Shown piece after piece: positions 40,113 to 50,477 of a stretch of DNA of 64,000 nucleotides. The DNA comes from Candidatus Aminicenantes bacterium UBA6228 (GTDB lineage: Bacteria; Acidobacteriota; Aminicenantia; Aminicenantales; Saccharicenantaceae): contig DJWO01000014.1 in assembly GCA_002441005.1 (NCBI GenBank), positions 88,662 through 152,661 on the forward strand, in the 5' to 3' direction. Made by a program: the position numbers and the translations under genes. The notes under the pieces are model-generated. The model ran no database searches. It had not been told where the DNA came from and worked only from the letters and a program-made list of their open reading frames with translations. Position 1 is the stretch's first letter. The number at the start of each line of letters is the position of its first letter.

Positions 40113-43100
40113 ATGTCAAAAAATTTTAAAGCTAAAAAAATCGGGATTAATGGAAAGTATTTTCAGTCGAAAGCCTCATGGCTTAGATGCAGAGCGGCAG
40201 CTTCAGTGGCAATTCTTTTTTCTCTTATCTGTTTTTCATCTTCAGCAGTCACAGCCTTCTCTCCTCAGGGTGGAGAAAAATATCCCTGCCGTGAGGCTTC
40301 CACTGCCTGGGATCCAGACTCCGGACTGGGAAACCACCGGGCGGTGGTTACAGTCCAGCAGGCTTCGGGCGCGGTTTTTGTCCATCTTCCCTGGCGCCGG
40401 CCGGATTCGAATCCGGAAAAAAAGAAAGTTCTGGTGGTTGAAGCCAGAAGCGGGAAATTTATAACTAACGTCTGGCCTCTAAAAGTTAATAATGACTGCG
40501 GAGACTTTGTTTTTGAGGCCAGCGAGGCGCCGGGCGACTATTATTTTTACTACCTTCCTTATAAAATCGAAGGCAAAAGCTATCCGGTGGTGACTTACCT
40601 GGCCGCTGATTACCAGCCAGAGAAAACCTGGCTTGAGCGCTACGGCCTTAGCCCTGTTCCTGGTTCGAAATTTAAACCGTCCTCCCTGCCCCGGGCCGAA
40701 CTAATCGCTTTTGAAGCGGTGGATGATTTCAGCCGCTTTTACCCGATGGAAGTCATAGCCACCTCAGAAGAAACAGCTAAGATAATTGAAACCTATAAAA
40801 GTGAACCATTTTTGATTTTCCCTGAAGACCGGGAGCATCCGGTGCGGATATTTGATTATCTTCCGCTGCGCTGGGTCGAGGCCGGCCCTCAGACAAAGTT
40901 TGAAGTCACAGCCAATCGTGGTGAATATTTTGTTTTCCAGCTTGGCCTTTTTGCTCACTGCCGGAACTTAGAAAAAATAAAAGTTGTCTTTTCTGACCTT
41001 GCTAACCAGGCATCGGGCAAGGTGATAAAAGCTAAGGAGGCGAGCTGCTTTAACTCAGGAGGCCTCGGCTGGGACAGCCAGCCCTTCGAAAAAGAGTTGA
41101 GCCTGGCTCAGGGAAAAGTCCAGCCACTTTGGTGCGGAATTCAGATACCAGAAAACATCCCGCCTGGCGATTATGAAGGTGAAGTGGCTGTCTCGACAGC
41201 CAATCTCCTGGCTCAAAAAATAAGTTTGAAAATAAAAGTCGAGGATAAAGTTCTGTCCGATAGCGGCGATTCGGAACTATGGCGCCAGTCGCGTCTTCGC
41301 TGGCTTAATTCGCAGCTCGCGGTCAATGACGAAGTGGTCAAACCCTATAGGCCGCTGGAAGTTAAAGGCCGGACGATAAAGTGTCTGGGCCGGACTCTGA
41401 CCCTCGGAGAAAATGGGTTGCCGGCCAGAATCGAGAGCTTTTTTACTCCCGAACTAACTGCCATAAGCTCGACGTCAACTGACCTCCTGAGCAGACCTTT
41501 CGAATTTCTTATCAAAAACTCGGAAGCTCCCGCTCAAAGCTGGAAGAACGAGTCATTTGTTTTTACTAAAATCACCCCGGGAAAAGTGGCCTGGCAAGCA
41601 GTCAATAAAATTCCCGCGCTCGACCTGACGGTTAAAATTAACGGGGCAATGGAATTTGATGGCTACGTGGAATTTAAAGTTAAAGTGGAAGCCGGCTCAG
41701 GGAGGGGAGTTGATGATATTTCCCTGATTATACCGTTACGCCCGGAAGCCTCCACCTACATGATGGGCCTGGGCTTTAAAGGCGGCCGGCGGCCGTCCTC
41801 TTTTTCCTGGAGCTGGGACAGAAGCAAAAACCAGGACGCCCTCTGGATAGGAGCAGTCAATGCCGGTCTTCAGTGTCAGCTTCAAGCCGAAAATTATTCC
41901 CGCCCGCTTAATACCAATTTTTACCAGCTAAAGCCCCTCAACCTGCCTCCTTCCTGGTGGAATGAAGGCCGGGGTTCGGTCAGGGTGGAAGAGGCGGAGG
42001 TCAGAGACAAAAAAAGAAAAAAAGAGGTAGTTTTGGCTGCTTCGAGCGGCCCCCGACAGTTAAAAAAAGGAGAGGTCCTTTACTTTAATTTCAACCTACT
42101 CCTGACTCCGTTTAAACCGATAAATCCAGGGAAGCATTTCTCCGAGCGCTATTATCATGCCTTTAAGCCGGTCTCGGAGATTGCCGCTACCGGGGCCAAT
42201 GTCATCAATGTCCACCATGCCACCGAGATAAATCCTTTTATCAACTATCCCTTCCTTCGCCTCGAGAAGATGAAAGCTTATCTTGACGAAGCTCATCGCC
42301 AGGGTCTTAAGGTCAAAATTTATTACACCATTCGAGAACTATCCAACCGGGCGAGCGAGCTCTTCGCCCTGGAGAGCCTTAATCATGAGATCTTTACCCC
42401 TGGTCAGGGTGGAGGTTATTCCTGGCTCCAGGAGCATCTCCACTCCGGTTATATCGCCGGCTGGTTTGTTCCCGAGCTTAAAGATGCGGCCATTATTAAT
42501 AGCGGAATGTCGCGCTGGCATAATTACTACATTGAAGGCCTGGCCTGGCTGGCCAAAAAAGCCGGGATAGACGGCCTCTACCTTGATGATGTCGCTTTCG
42601 ACCGGGTGACGATGAAAAGGGTGCGTAAAGTACTCGAAAACTACCGCCCCGCTACCTTGATTGACCTTCATTCGGCCAATCAATACAACCCGCGCGATGG
42701 CTATGCTTCGAGCGCCAATCTTTATCTGGAACATTTCCCCTTCCTTGACCGGCTGTGGTTTGGTGAATATTTCGACTACAACAGTCAGCCAGATTACTGG
42801 CTAATAGAGATATCGGGGATACCATTTGGGCTGATGGGCGAAATGCTGGAGAAAGGTGGCAATCCCTGGCGCGGGATGATTTATGGAATGACCGCCAGGC
42901 TGCCGTGGGCTGGTGACCCGAGGCCGTTGTGGAACGCCTGGGACGATTTTGGCCTGACTCAAGCCGGGATGATTGGCTACTGGTCACCCAGCTGTCCGGT
43001 CAAAACCAGTGAGCCGCAGGTGCTGGCTACCGTCTATCACCAGAAAGGGAAGGCTATGGTCGCCCTGGCCAGCTGGTCAGGAAAAACCGAAAACTGCCGC

Positions 43101-43268
43101 CTGTTCGTTGACTGGAAAAAGCTCGGCCTTGACCCACAGAAAGTAACTATCGAAGCTCCGGCCATTGAGAATTTTCAGCCGGCCAAAACTTTTAAGCCAG
43201 GCGAAGAGATTCCTGTTGAGCCGGGCCAGGGCTGGCTGTTGATTTTTAAAACCAGTCAGTCAGATTAA
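40113..43268 (+). CDS. Large exported putative glycoside hydrolase (DUF6067-like)
   Basis: Signal peptide, beta-rich domains and a TIM-barrel-like region (VHHAT, YYTIRELS, GIDGLYLDD, DLHSAN, WFGEYFDY). Family name from recall only. Confidence 0.6.
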   Translation: MSKNFKAKKIGINGKYFQSKASWLRCRAAASVAILFSLICFSSSAVTAFSPQGGEKYPCREASTAWDPDSGLGNHRAVVTVQQASGAVFVHLPWRRPDSNPEKKKVLVVEARSGKFITNVWPLKVNNDCGDFVFEASEAPGDYYFYYLPYKIEGKSYPVVTYLAADYQPEKTWLERYGLSPVPGSKFKPSSLPRAELIAFEAVDDFSRFYPMEVIATSEETAKIIETYKSEPFLIFPEDREHPVRIFDYLPLRWVEAGPQTKFEVTANRGEYFVFQLGLFAHCRNLEKIKVVFSDLANQASGKVIKAKEASCFNSGGLGWDSQPFEKELSLAQGKVQPLWCGIQIPENIPPGDYEGEVAVSTANLLAQKISLKIKVEDKVLSDSGDSELWRQSRLRWLNSQLAVNDEVVKPYRPLEVKGRTIKCLGRTLTLGENGLPARIESFFTPELTAISSTSTDLLSRPFEFLIKNSEAPAQSWKNESFVFTKITPGKVAWQAVNKIPALDLTVKINGAMEFDGYVEFKVKVEAGSGRGVDDISLIIPLRPEASTYMMGLGFKGGRRPSSFSWSWDRSKNQDALWIGAVNAGLQCQLQAENYSRPLNTNFYQLKPLNLPPSWWNEGRGSVRVEEAEVRDKKRKKEVVLAASSGPRQLKKGEVLYFNFNLLLTPFKPINPGKHFSERYYHAFKPVSEIAATGANVINVHHATEINPFINYPFLRLEKMKAYLDEAHRQGLKVKIYYTIRELSNRASELFALESLNHEIFTPGQGGGYSWLQEHLHSGYIAGWFVPELKDAAIINSGMSRWHNYYIEGLAWLAKKAGIDGLYLDDVAFDRVTMKRVRKVLENYRPATLIDLHSANQYNPRDGYASSANLYLEHFPFLDRLWFGEYFDYNSQPDYWLIEISGIPFGLMGEMLEKGGNPWRGMIYGMTARLPWAGDPRPLWNAWDDFGLTQAGMIGYWSPSCPVKTSEPQVLATVYHQKGKAMVALASWSGKTENCRLFVDWKKLGLDPQKVTIEAPAIENFQPAKTFKPGEEIPVEPGQGWLLIFKTSQSD

Positions 43269-43540
43269 TAGATGGCGTCCGCTCAGCAGGACTTTGCCTC
43301 CTGGTACACTGGACAGATGACGGAGCAGGCACTCGTAATGGCTTAGCAAAAAGCAGAATCCAGGCTTGTAGCCTTTTAAGATAAATGAGGACTTAACTTG
43401 ACAGGTTAAACCGGAAAATTTTACTCTAACCTCCAGGATATTTTGTTGTTTATATTAAGGCTAAAGATAATTTAATAATGAAGGCCTGAGGCTCAGGGAA
43501 GCCAAAAGACTTTATCACCGATAGAGAAAGGAGCTTAAAA

Positions 43541-45061
43541 ATGTTTTTCAGCCGCTACCAACAGCGCCGCCTGGCTCTCGTTTTATTTGTTTTGCCAGTC
43601 ATGCTGGGTTTTATAGCCGCCCTGAATCTGCCGGCCCTGGCTCAATCGCCGGTGGTTAAATTCGATGACTTTTTCCTGGATAAGGCCCTGCGTCTTAATT
43701 TTTATCTGGTGGGTGATGCTAAGGAAGAACAGATCATCAAGCAGGATATCTATCAGGAAGATTGCTGGCCGGAGAGCAAGGTCAATCTGACCAATCCTTT
43801 TAATTATGGACACTACTTTATCAAAGTTTATGAAGTGGCCTCCAACCAGTTAATCTATGCCAAGGGTTTTGATTGCCAGTTTGGCGAGTACAAAACCACC
43901 ACCCCCGCCCTCAATGGAGTAAAAAAGGTTTTCCAGCGAGCAGTGAGAATTCCCTGGCCCAAGCGGCCGGTCAAAGTCGTCTTTGAAGCCAGAGACAGGC
44001 AGAATCTCCTCCATCCGCTGGCCATAGAAACCATTGATCCCGGAGATTATCACCTGATAAAGGAAACAGCTAAAAGCAACGATTATACTTTTGAAGTCGT
44101 GAAAAGTGGTCCTCCTTCCGAAAAAGTTGATCTGGTCTTCCTGGCCGAAGGTTATACGGCTGAAGATAAAGATAAGTTTGTGGCTGACGTTAAAAAGTTT
44201 TCGAGCTTCCTGTTTGAAAAGGAACCCTACAAAAGTAATCGGGACAGATTCAATATCTATGGAGTTTTCCGGGCCTCACTTGAAAGAGGCATGGATGAAC
44301 CCAGGCAAAAGGCCTATAAGAACACTGCTCTTAAAGCTTCTTTCAATGCTTTCGACCTCGATCGCTATATGCTGACTGAGGAGGGCTTTGCCCTGAGGGA
44401 AATGGCGGCCCAGGTTCCCTGCGATGCCATTGTTGTTCTGGTCAACAGTACCAGATATGGCGGCGGCGGAATTTATAATGATTACTGCATAACCACTGTG
44501 GATAATCAGGCCAGCCTGAGTGTTTTTATCCATGAATTCGGCCACAGCTTTGCCGGCCTGGCTGATGAATACTACACCTCCGATGTGGCTTATAACGACT
44601 TTTACCCGGCCGGGGTTGAACCACTCGAACCAAATATCACTGCCCTGCTCGACCCGGAGCACATTAAATGGCAGGATCTGGTCTCACCCGGAATAGCCAT
44701 TCCTACTGACTATGGCAAGGAAGAAACGGAAAAACTGCAGGCTCAAATGAGAGCCAGTTTCCAGGAAATGCAAAAAGCCCTGGAAGAGGCCAAGAAAAAA
44801 AACTTAAAAGAAGCTGACCTCAAAAAAATTCAGGCTCAATTCCAGGAAAAAAATAAACCGCTGATGGCTAAGATCCAGGCTATCCGGGAAAAATATAAAC
44901 ACCTCGAGGACCAAGTTGGCGCCTTTGAAGGTGCTGGCTATGCTTCTAAAGGCCTTTATCGCCCTCAGATGTATTGTGTGATGATTTCCAGCCCGAAGAA
45001 TGAATTCTGCCAGGTCTGCCAGCGAGCCATCAAGCAGATGATTGATTACTACTCAAAATAA
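43541..45061 (+). CDS. Peptidase M64 (IgA-peptidase-like) metalloprotease, exported
   Basis: DLVFLAEGYT, YGGGG, HEFGHSFAGLADEY, YRPQMYCVM, FCQVC. Confidence 0.88.
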   Translation: MFFSRYQQRRLALVLFVLPVMLGFIAALNLPALAQSPVVKFDDFFLDKALRLNFYLVGDAKEEQIIKQDIYQEDCWPESKVNLTNPFNYGHYFIKVYEVASNQLIYAKGFDCQFGEYKTTTPALNGVKKVFQRAVRIPWPKRPVKVVFEARDRQNLLHPLAIETIDPGDYHLIKETAKSNDYTFEVVKSGPPSEKVDLVFLAEGYTAEDKDKFVADVKKFSSFLFEKEPYKSNRDRFNIYGVFRASLERGMDEPRQKAYKNTALKASFNAFDLDRYMLTEEGFALREMAAQVPCDAIVVLVNSTRYGGGGIYNDYCITTVDNQASLSVFIHEFGHSFAGLADEYYTSDVAYNDFYPAGVEPLEPNITALLDPEHIKWQDLVSPGIAIPTDYGKEETEKLQAQMRASFQEMQKALEEAKKKNLKEADLKKIQAQFQEKNKPLMAKIQAIREKYKHLEDQVGAFEGAGYASKGLYRPQMYCVMISSPKNEFCQVCQRAIKQMIDYYSK

Positions 45062-45287
45062 TTATAGTTCGCGCCGGAAAGAGATGAGATAACTTCTGCT
45101 GGCAATGTCGCTGATTACCATCGTTTCGGCACCTGGATCAGAAGGTAAAAGCCAGGTTAAAATCAATAGTTAAAGAAATAAAAGTCACAGCGGCAGCTTT
45201 TTTAGCCAAATTTTATGACAGCCGGCAGAATTAAATATTTTAAGTGTGTCCCCCAGCTTAAGTTAAAAATTAAAATGTCTTCAGATC

Positions 45288-45313
45288 TTGACAAAACATT
45301 ATAATTGGTATAA
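45288..45313 (+). promoter_or_regulatory. -35 box followed by a Per-box-like operator
   Basis: TTGACA at 45288-45293; TTATAATTGGTATAA at 45299-45313 matches TTATAATnATTATAA at 12 of 14 positions. Confidence 0.55.
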
Positions 45314-45337
45314 ATTTATATTGAGTTAAATATTATA

Positions 45338-45829
45338 ATGATTACAAAAATGAGAGCTAAAACTAAATTAAGAAAAAAGCCAGATAAGCTCTGGAGCCTG
45401 GATGAGATCAGCCAATTCCTCAGCCAGCAGGGCATCCGACCTTCTTTTCACCGGCTGAAAGTTTTTGAATATTTGATTAATGAACGCACCCACCCGACGG
45501 CGGATGAAATCTATGAGGTCTTAAAAAAAGAAATTCCGGCTATCTCCAGGGCGACAGTTTACAACAACTTAAGACTTTTTCTTGAAAAACAAATTGTCCA
45601 GCTGCTCAACGTCGAGAAAAATGAAGCTCGCTATGATGCTACCCTCAGCTGGCATGGGCATTTTAAATGCCTCGGCTGCGGCCAGGTCTATGATGTCGGA
45701 ATAGAAAGCCTCAAGCTTAGCTGGCTGGACAATTATCAAGTTCTGGAAAAACATCTCGACCTGAAGGGCCTCTGTCCTTCTTGCCGGGAGAGAAATAAAT
45801 TTAAGGAACAGGAGGGACTAAATGGCTAA
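45338..45829 (+). CDS. perR: Fur-family regulator, PerR-like
   Basis: [31 protein letters not shown]; co-located with dfx and prx. Confidence 0.8.
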   Translation: MITKMRAKTKLRKKPDKLWSLDEISQFLSQQGIRPSFHRLKVFEYLINERTHPTADEIYEVLKKEIPAISRATVYNNLRLFLEKQIVQLLNVEKNEARYDATLSWHGHFKCLGCGQVYDVGIESLKLSWLDNYQVLEKHLDLKGLCPSCRERNKFKEQEGLNG

Positions 45830-46205
45830 AAAGTATGGTATCTACAAATGTCTGAAGTGTGGAAATATCGTTGAGGTTCTGCACGAAGGAATAGGGACCT
45901 TAGTCTGCTGCGGTGAGGAAATGGTTTTTATGGAAGCTAAAACAGCCGATACCGCTCAGGAAAAACATGTGCCTTACATCGAAAAAGTAGCTGGTGGTTA
46001 TCTGGTCAAAGTCGGTCAGATGGTAGCTCATCCAATGGAAGAAAAACACTACATCGAGTGGATTGAACTGATAGCCGACGGCCAGGTTTACCGCCAGGAA
46101 CTCAACCCCGGTGATAAGCCGGAAGCCTTCTTCCCCATCACCGCGGCCAAAGTCTGGGCTCGGGAATACTGCAATATCCACCTGCTGTGGGAAAACAGAA
46201 ATTAG
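45822..46205 (+). CDS. dfx: Desulfoferrodoxin (two-iron superoxide reductase)
   Basis: [34 protein letters not shown]. Confidence 0.93.
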   Translation: MAKKYGIYKCLKCGNIVEVLHEGIGTLVCCGEEMVFMEAKTADTAQEKHVPYIEKVAGGYLVKVGQMVAHPMEEKHYIEWIELIADGQVYRQELNPGDKPEAFFPITAAKVWAREYCNIHLLWENRN

Positions 46206-46324
46206 TTAAGCTGAAACCGGCTCAACCAATAAAGTAAAAAAAGTTTGGTTAACGGCCCCGAAGTCTCAGGGCCAGAAAGAGTTTGATGTTTTATTAAGAT
46301 TTAAATTGATCAGGAGGTAAATAA

Positions 46325-46978
46325 ATGGAAAACAATGAAACTAAAGGTTTCCCGTTAATCGGTGAAAAATTGCCTGAGATGGCTGTCCAGACCACTCAGG
46401 GGATTAAAAAGCTCCCCCATGATTATGCGGGGAAATGGCTGGTGCTGTTCAGCCATCCGGCTGATTTTACACCTGTCTGCACCACTGAATTTGTTTCCTT
46501 CGCCAGGAACTATGATAAGTTCCAAAAACTTAATGCTGAGCTCCTCGGCCTGTCAATTGATCAGGTTTTCAGTCACATCAAATGGATTGAGTGGATCGAG
46601 AATGAACTTAAAGTGGAAATCCCCTTCCCGATCATAGCTGATGATCAGGGACGGGTAGCTGCCCGCCTGGGCATGATTCACCCCGGAGCCGGAACAAAAA
46701 CGGTCAGAGCTGTCTTCATAGTTGACCCGGAAAGCATCATCAGGCTTATTCTCTTTTATCCGGCTGAAGTCGGCCGCAATATGTCAGAGATTCTCAGAAT
46801 CCTTAAAGCCTTCCAGATTTCCGATAAATACGATGTCTCCCTCCCGGCCAACTGGCCGGATAATGAACTGATAAAAGACCACGCTATTATTCCCTCTCCA
46901 ACTGACGTCAAAGGAGCTAAGGAACGAAAAAATCAGAATGATTGTTTTGACTGGTGGTTCTGCCATAGAAAGGTGTGA
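46325..46978 (+). CDS. Peroxiredoxin (Prx6-like)
   Basis: [37 protein letters not shown]. Confidence 0.92.
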   Translation: MENNETKGFPLIGEKLPEMAVQTTQGIKKLPHDYAGKWLVLFSHPADFTPVCTTEFVSFARNYDKFQKLNAELLGLSIDQVFSHIKWIEWIENELKVEIPFPIIADDQGRVAARLGMIHPGAGTKTVRAVFIVDPESIIRLILFYPAEVGRNMSEILRILKAFQISDKYDVSLPANWPDNELIKDHAIIPSPTDVKGAKERKNQNDCFDWWFCHRKV

Positions 46979-47001
46979 TTAAGGGCAAAAGAACTAAGAA
47001 G

Positions 47002-47027
47002 AGGGGCGGTTTACCGCCCCTTTTTTT
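47002..47027 (+). terminator. Rho-independent terminator after prx
   Basis: AGGGGCGG-TTTA-CCGCCCCT followed by a T run. Confidence 0.88.
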
Positions 47028-47143
47028 GTCTTCTCGAGTTCACTTCAGAACTTTAAATAGCCAGGTAACTCTCTTCACTTGCAATATTTTATTATTGTAA
47101 TAAATATAGATATATAATCCGAAATAAGAAAGGAGGAAAGAAA

Positions 47144-47941
47144 ATGAGTAAATCAATGGCCAGTAGATTGACTGTTTTTCTTTTAGTTTCTTTGCTGCTA
47201 ACACCCCTATTCCTCAGTGCTCAGAACCCAAAGACGATTAAACTTAACGAACCGAATAAAAAGCGCGGCTTACCGGTCATGGAAGCTCTGGCAGTTAGAG
47301 CCTCAGCGAGCCAGTGGTCCACCCAGGACTTAAGCGCTCAGGATCTGTCCGATTTGCTGTGGGCAGCCAATGGAATTAACCGTCCGGATAATGGCAAAAA
47401 GACTGCACCCTCAGCCATGAACGCTCAGGATGTTGATATCTATGTTTTTTTGAAAGACGGAGCTTATCTCTATGAGGCCAAAACCCACAGCCTGATTGAG
47501 GTGGTTAGTGGTGACCAGCGGTCGCTGTTCTTTCAGCCAAGGCCGCCACGGCCAGCCGGCGCTGGACAGCCCGGAGAAAAGCCACCTGTGCCAGGACAGC
47601 CAGGTCAGCAGCCACCAAAACCGGGTGAGCGTGGACAGCAACCGCCGATCCCACCAACTGGTGGTTCGCGACCTCAAGAACAACAGGTCATGGCTCCAGT
47701 CGTCCTGTTGCTGGTCTCCGATATTTCGAGATTCAGGGGTGGAGCCGATGATCAGAAGAAAGAATGGGCTGCTCTTGATACCGGCATTGTTTCCCAGAAT
47801 ATTTCCATTTTCTGCGCCGGCACCGGGCTTGGCACCAGGCCAAGATCGGGCATGGATAGAGAAAAGCTCAAGGAATTACTAAAGCTCAAAGACACTCAGC
47901 TTCCACTCCTCAACCACCCGGTCAGCTACAAAAAACAATAG
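47144..47941 (+). CDS. Nitroreductase family (SagB-like) protein with signal peptide and Pro/Gln/Gly insertion
   Basis: LSDLLWAANG, TAPSAMN, DTGIVSQNI. Confidence 0.82.
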   Translation: MSKSMASRLTVFLLVSLLLTPLFLSAQNPKTIKLNEPNKKRGLPVMEALAVRASASQWSTQDLSAQDLSDLLWAANGINRPDNGKKTAPSAMNAQDVDIYVFLKDGAYLYEAKTHSLIEVVSGDQRSLFFQPRPPRPAGAGQPGEKPPVPGQPGQQPPKPGERGQQPPIPPTGGSRPQEQQVMAPVVLLLVSDISRFRGGADDQKKEWAALDTGIVSQNISIFCAGTGLGTRPRSGMDREKLKELLKLKDTQLPLLNHPVSYKKQ

Positions 47942-48080
47942 CAGCCGGCTAAACTCTTTATACTTTTGGCCAGGTCTAAAAGTCTGCCAGCAATTCTGAA
48001 AGATTTTTATTGACTCAATCAGATATCTAATATATTTTATTTCCTTGGTTTGTTTTTTAGACTTTTGAGGAGGTGTCACG

Positions 48081-50153
48081 ATGGCTAATAACCAAGTTCC
48101 CGTCAGGCGCAGAGCTTTATCAACCGGTTTCTGGCTGATACTTATCCTTGTTTTGATAGTGATAGGCCTTTTCTTATTTATTAGCAACCGGGCCAAATCA
48201 CCTGCTGCCTCAGGTCTTTCTTCCTTCCCTGAGCCCATTGATCCGCAGAAGGTTCAGGATCAAGATCAGATGACCTGGGCTGACTATCACCCCATACCGG
48301 GCCAGGACTGGGCTGACCCATCGCTCAAACCAGAACGGGGTTTCAAGTTAGCCGTCGTGGCAGTTGACTTTCCGGATCAACCTTTCGTCATGACCAGGGC
48401 AAAAGGCTCTGACCCATTTGGCAATCCACAGATTGACCCGATAGCCAGAGAAAACGTGCCTCAGTTTTTTGCTGATTTTTTCACCAAATCGCTCGCTGTT
48501 AATCACGGCCTTAACATCCATCATTACTGGATGTGGCAATCGCGGGGAAAATTCGGGCTGACTCAGGTTGATACTTTCGGTCCCTTTGAGATGCCAAAAC
48601 CACACTGGTGGTATGGTCTTAATGAGCACCGTCAGAATAAATCCACACCTGACGGCAGCATCGCCGCCGGGCGCCTGGAGAAAGATTGCGATGAGCTCTG
48701 GATAAAAGACGCCGGACAGGATATCAGGAAAAATTACGATGCCATCTTGCGGATTTACGCTGGCTATGATGAAACCGGCGTCTGGATGGAATTTGGCCAG
48801 ATGAAGTTTAAGAGCAAAGATGACATTCCACCCGAATGGGGCAACCCCAATCCGGATATGCCTCGCTGGGTTCCAACCCGCTATGTCGAGTGGACCAGCT
48901 GGCTGGCCGGTTCGCAGCAGTGGGGCTTATCATCCATGCGCCAGGGAGAAAACTCCGGCACCATCGCCCATGAGCTGGGACATTTCGCCTTTGACCTGCC
49001 GGATCTCAACAACAATCCCTATGTTCAGCCTTACCGGCGAGCAGCCGTCGGCCCCTGGGACTTGATGGACAGAGCCTGTTTCAATGGCCCGGAAGGCCCG
49101 CATAAGCGGTGGGTCGTTCCACCCATTGCCGGCGCAGCCGGACCGGCTGGACTGATGGTCAGAGACAGAATGGCCTGCGGCTTTATTCCTGATGGCCAGC
49201 TGCTCACCCTGAGCCGGGAAGGCCTGGCTAAATCAGGCCTCATCGTAGCGGAGGTCACAGCGCGGGAAGTTGATCCGCTACCCGGAGCCTATACGGGGAT
49301 AAATATCCGGCTCGACGGTTCTGAACCTGGTGACCGCACACCTGTTGATGACCCGGCCACCAATCCCCTCTCTTCCGGGATTCCAGATTATAATTTTTAT
49401 TCGCTGGAAGTTGTCCAGCGAGTCGGCTTTGATTCTTTCTGCCCGGACAGCGGTGTCCTTCTCTCCAAAAATAAAGATAAGCTCTGGGGCCGTAACGGCG
49501 GGCCCAATGCCTTCGATAGCTATATCTGGGTAATAGATGCTCACCCGGAAGATATAAATGTAGTTGACTATGTCAGCCCGTCTGGTGAAAAAGTCATGAG
49601 GACGATTGCCGATTACCGGCAACTCAATGATGCCCTCTTCCATGCCGGACTTAATTCGGGCAGCCAGTTCGAGTACCGCGACGAGGCCAACCGGCTTCAT
49701 TTCTATGTGGTCAATTTGAACCGGAGCCAGGACGGGATTCTGAACTACACACTGGCCGTCCGTTCACTCGATGGCTCCGGGCCACAGGCTAAAGGTCTGG
49801 AACTCATTTCTCCTGAAGCGAAACTTAAAGTTCAAAACGGGCTCATCCCGGTAACTTTTGAGCTTAAGAACACCGGCCTGGCAGCCGAAGTTGATCCAAA
49901 GCTTCATCCCTCAGATGCCTCAGGCCATCTCAACTATGACCTTTACCGTCTGGAAGTATCCATCAGCGGACAGGGTTGGCAGGTTCAGTTGCCCAATGCC
50001 TTAACTGCGGTTAAATTCGGCGAAACCTCAGAGGTAACAGTCTATGTTTTGCCACCCAGGGGTGGTGAGCGCCAGGCTACTTTAGTTCTGAAGGCCACTT
50101 CTGAAAGCCAGCCTGATAAGACAGCTCAGGCAAAGGTCAATCTCAGCCTTTAA
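48081..50153 (+). CDS. M6 / immune-inhibitor-A-like metalloprotease, membrane-anchored
   Basis: N-terminal TM helix; AVDFPD, HELGH-FDLPDL, VGPWDLM. Confidence 0.72.
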   Translation: MANNQVPVRRRALSTGFWLILILVLIVIGLFLFISNRAKSPAASGLSSFPEPIDPQKVQDQDQMTWADYHPIPGQDWADPSLKPERGFKLAVVAVDFPDQPFVMTRAKGSDPFGNPQIDPIARENVPQFFADFFTKSLAVNHGLNIHHYWMWQSRGKFGLTQVDTFGPFEMPKPHWWYGLNEHRQNKSTPDGSIAAGRLEKDCDELWIKDAGQDIRKNYDAILRIYAGYDETGVWMEFGQMKFKSKDDIPPEWGNPNPDMPRWVPTRYVEWTSWLAGSQQWGLSSMRQGENSGTIAHELGHFAFDLPDLNNNPYVQPYRRAAVGPWDLMDRACFNGPEGPHKRWVVPPIAGAAGPAGLMVRDRMACGFIPDGQLLTLSREGLAKSGLIVAEVTAREVDPLPGAYTGINIRLDGSEPGDRTPVDDPATNPLSSGIPDYNFYSLEVVQRVGFDSFCPDSGVLLSKNKDKLWGRNGGPNAFDSYIWVIDAHPEDINVVDYVSPSGEKVMRTIADYRQLNDALFHAGLNSGSQFEYRDEANRLHFYVVNLNRSQDGILNYTLAVRSLDGSGPQAKGLELISPEAKLKVQNGLIPVTFELKNTGLAAEVDPKLHPSDASGHLNYDLYRLEVSISGQGWQVQLPNALTAVKFGETSEVTVYVLPPRGGERQATLVLKATSESQPDKTAQAKVNLSL

Positions 50154-50319
50154 AAGCTAAGGCAGCTGTCAGGTGACTTGAGATTGTGAGCCGGGTTCAG
50201 TCTGCCTGTGGGAGGGCGGGCTGAGCCCAAAGCCAAAACGCTTTCGTGTAGATTTTCTCGTGACGCAACGAATCACTTTCGTATACACTTGAGAGGCAGC
50301 CAGCCCACACGCCCCCCTT

Positions 50320-50348
50320 TTGACATAACTTAAGGTATCATTTATACT
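50320..50348 (+). promoter_or_regulatory. Sigma70-type promoter of the lipid/glycosyl operon
   Basis: TTGACA-N17-TATACT. Confidence 0.62.
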
Positions 50349-50477
50349 TAACTAACATGTTGCCTTTCCCGGGCTGTGTTCTTTGAACCCGGGAGCGGGC
50401 CAAAGCTAACCTGAAGTAAAGAGAAATTTGAGCTTTTTAATTAAGGATTAAACCGCCAGGCAGCGGCTCACAGGCTA

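Noticed and set aside
47079-47100. TTGCAATA-N6-TATTGTAA palindrome as an operator
   Set aside because: It is a single imperfect repeat in an AT-rich promoter region with no second instance found.
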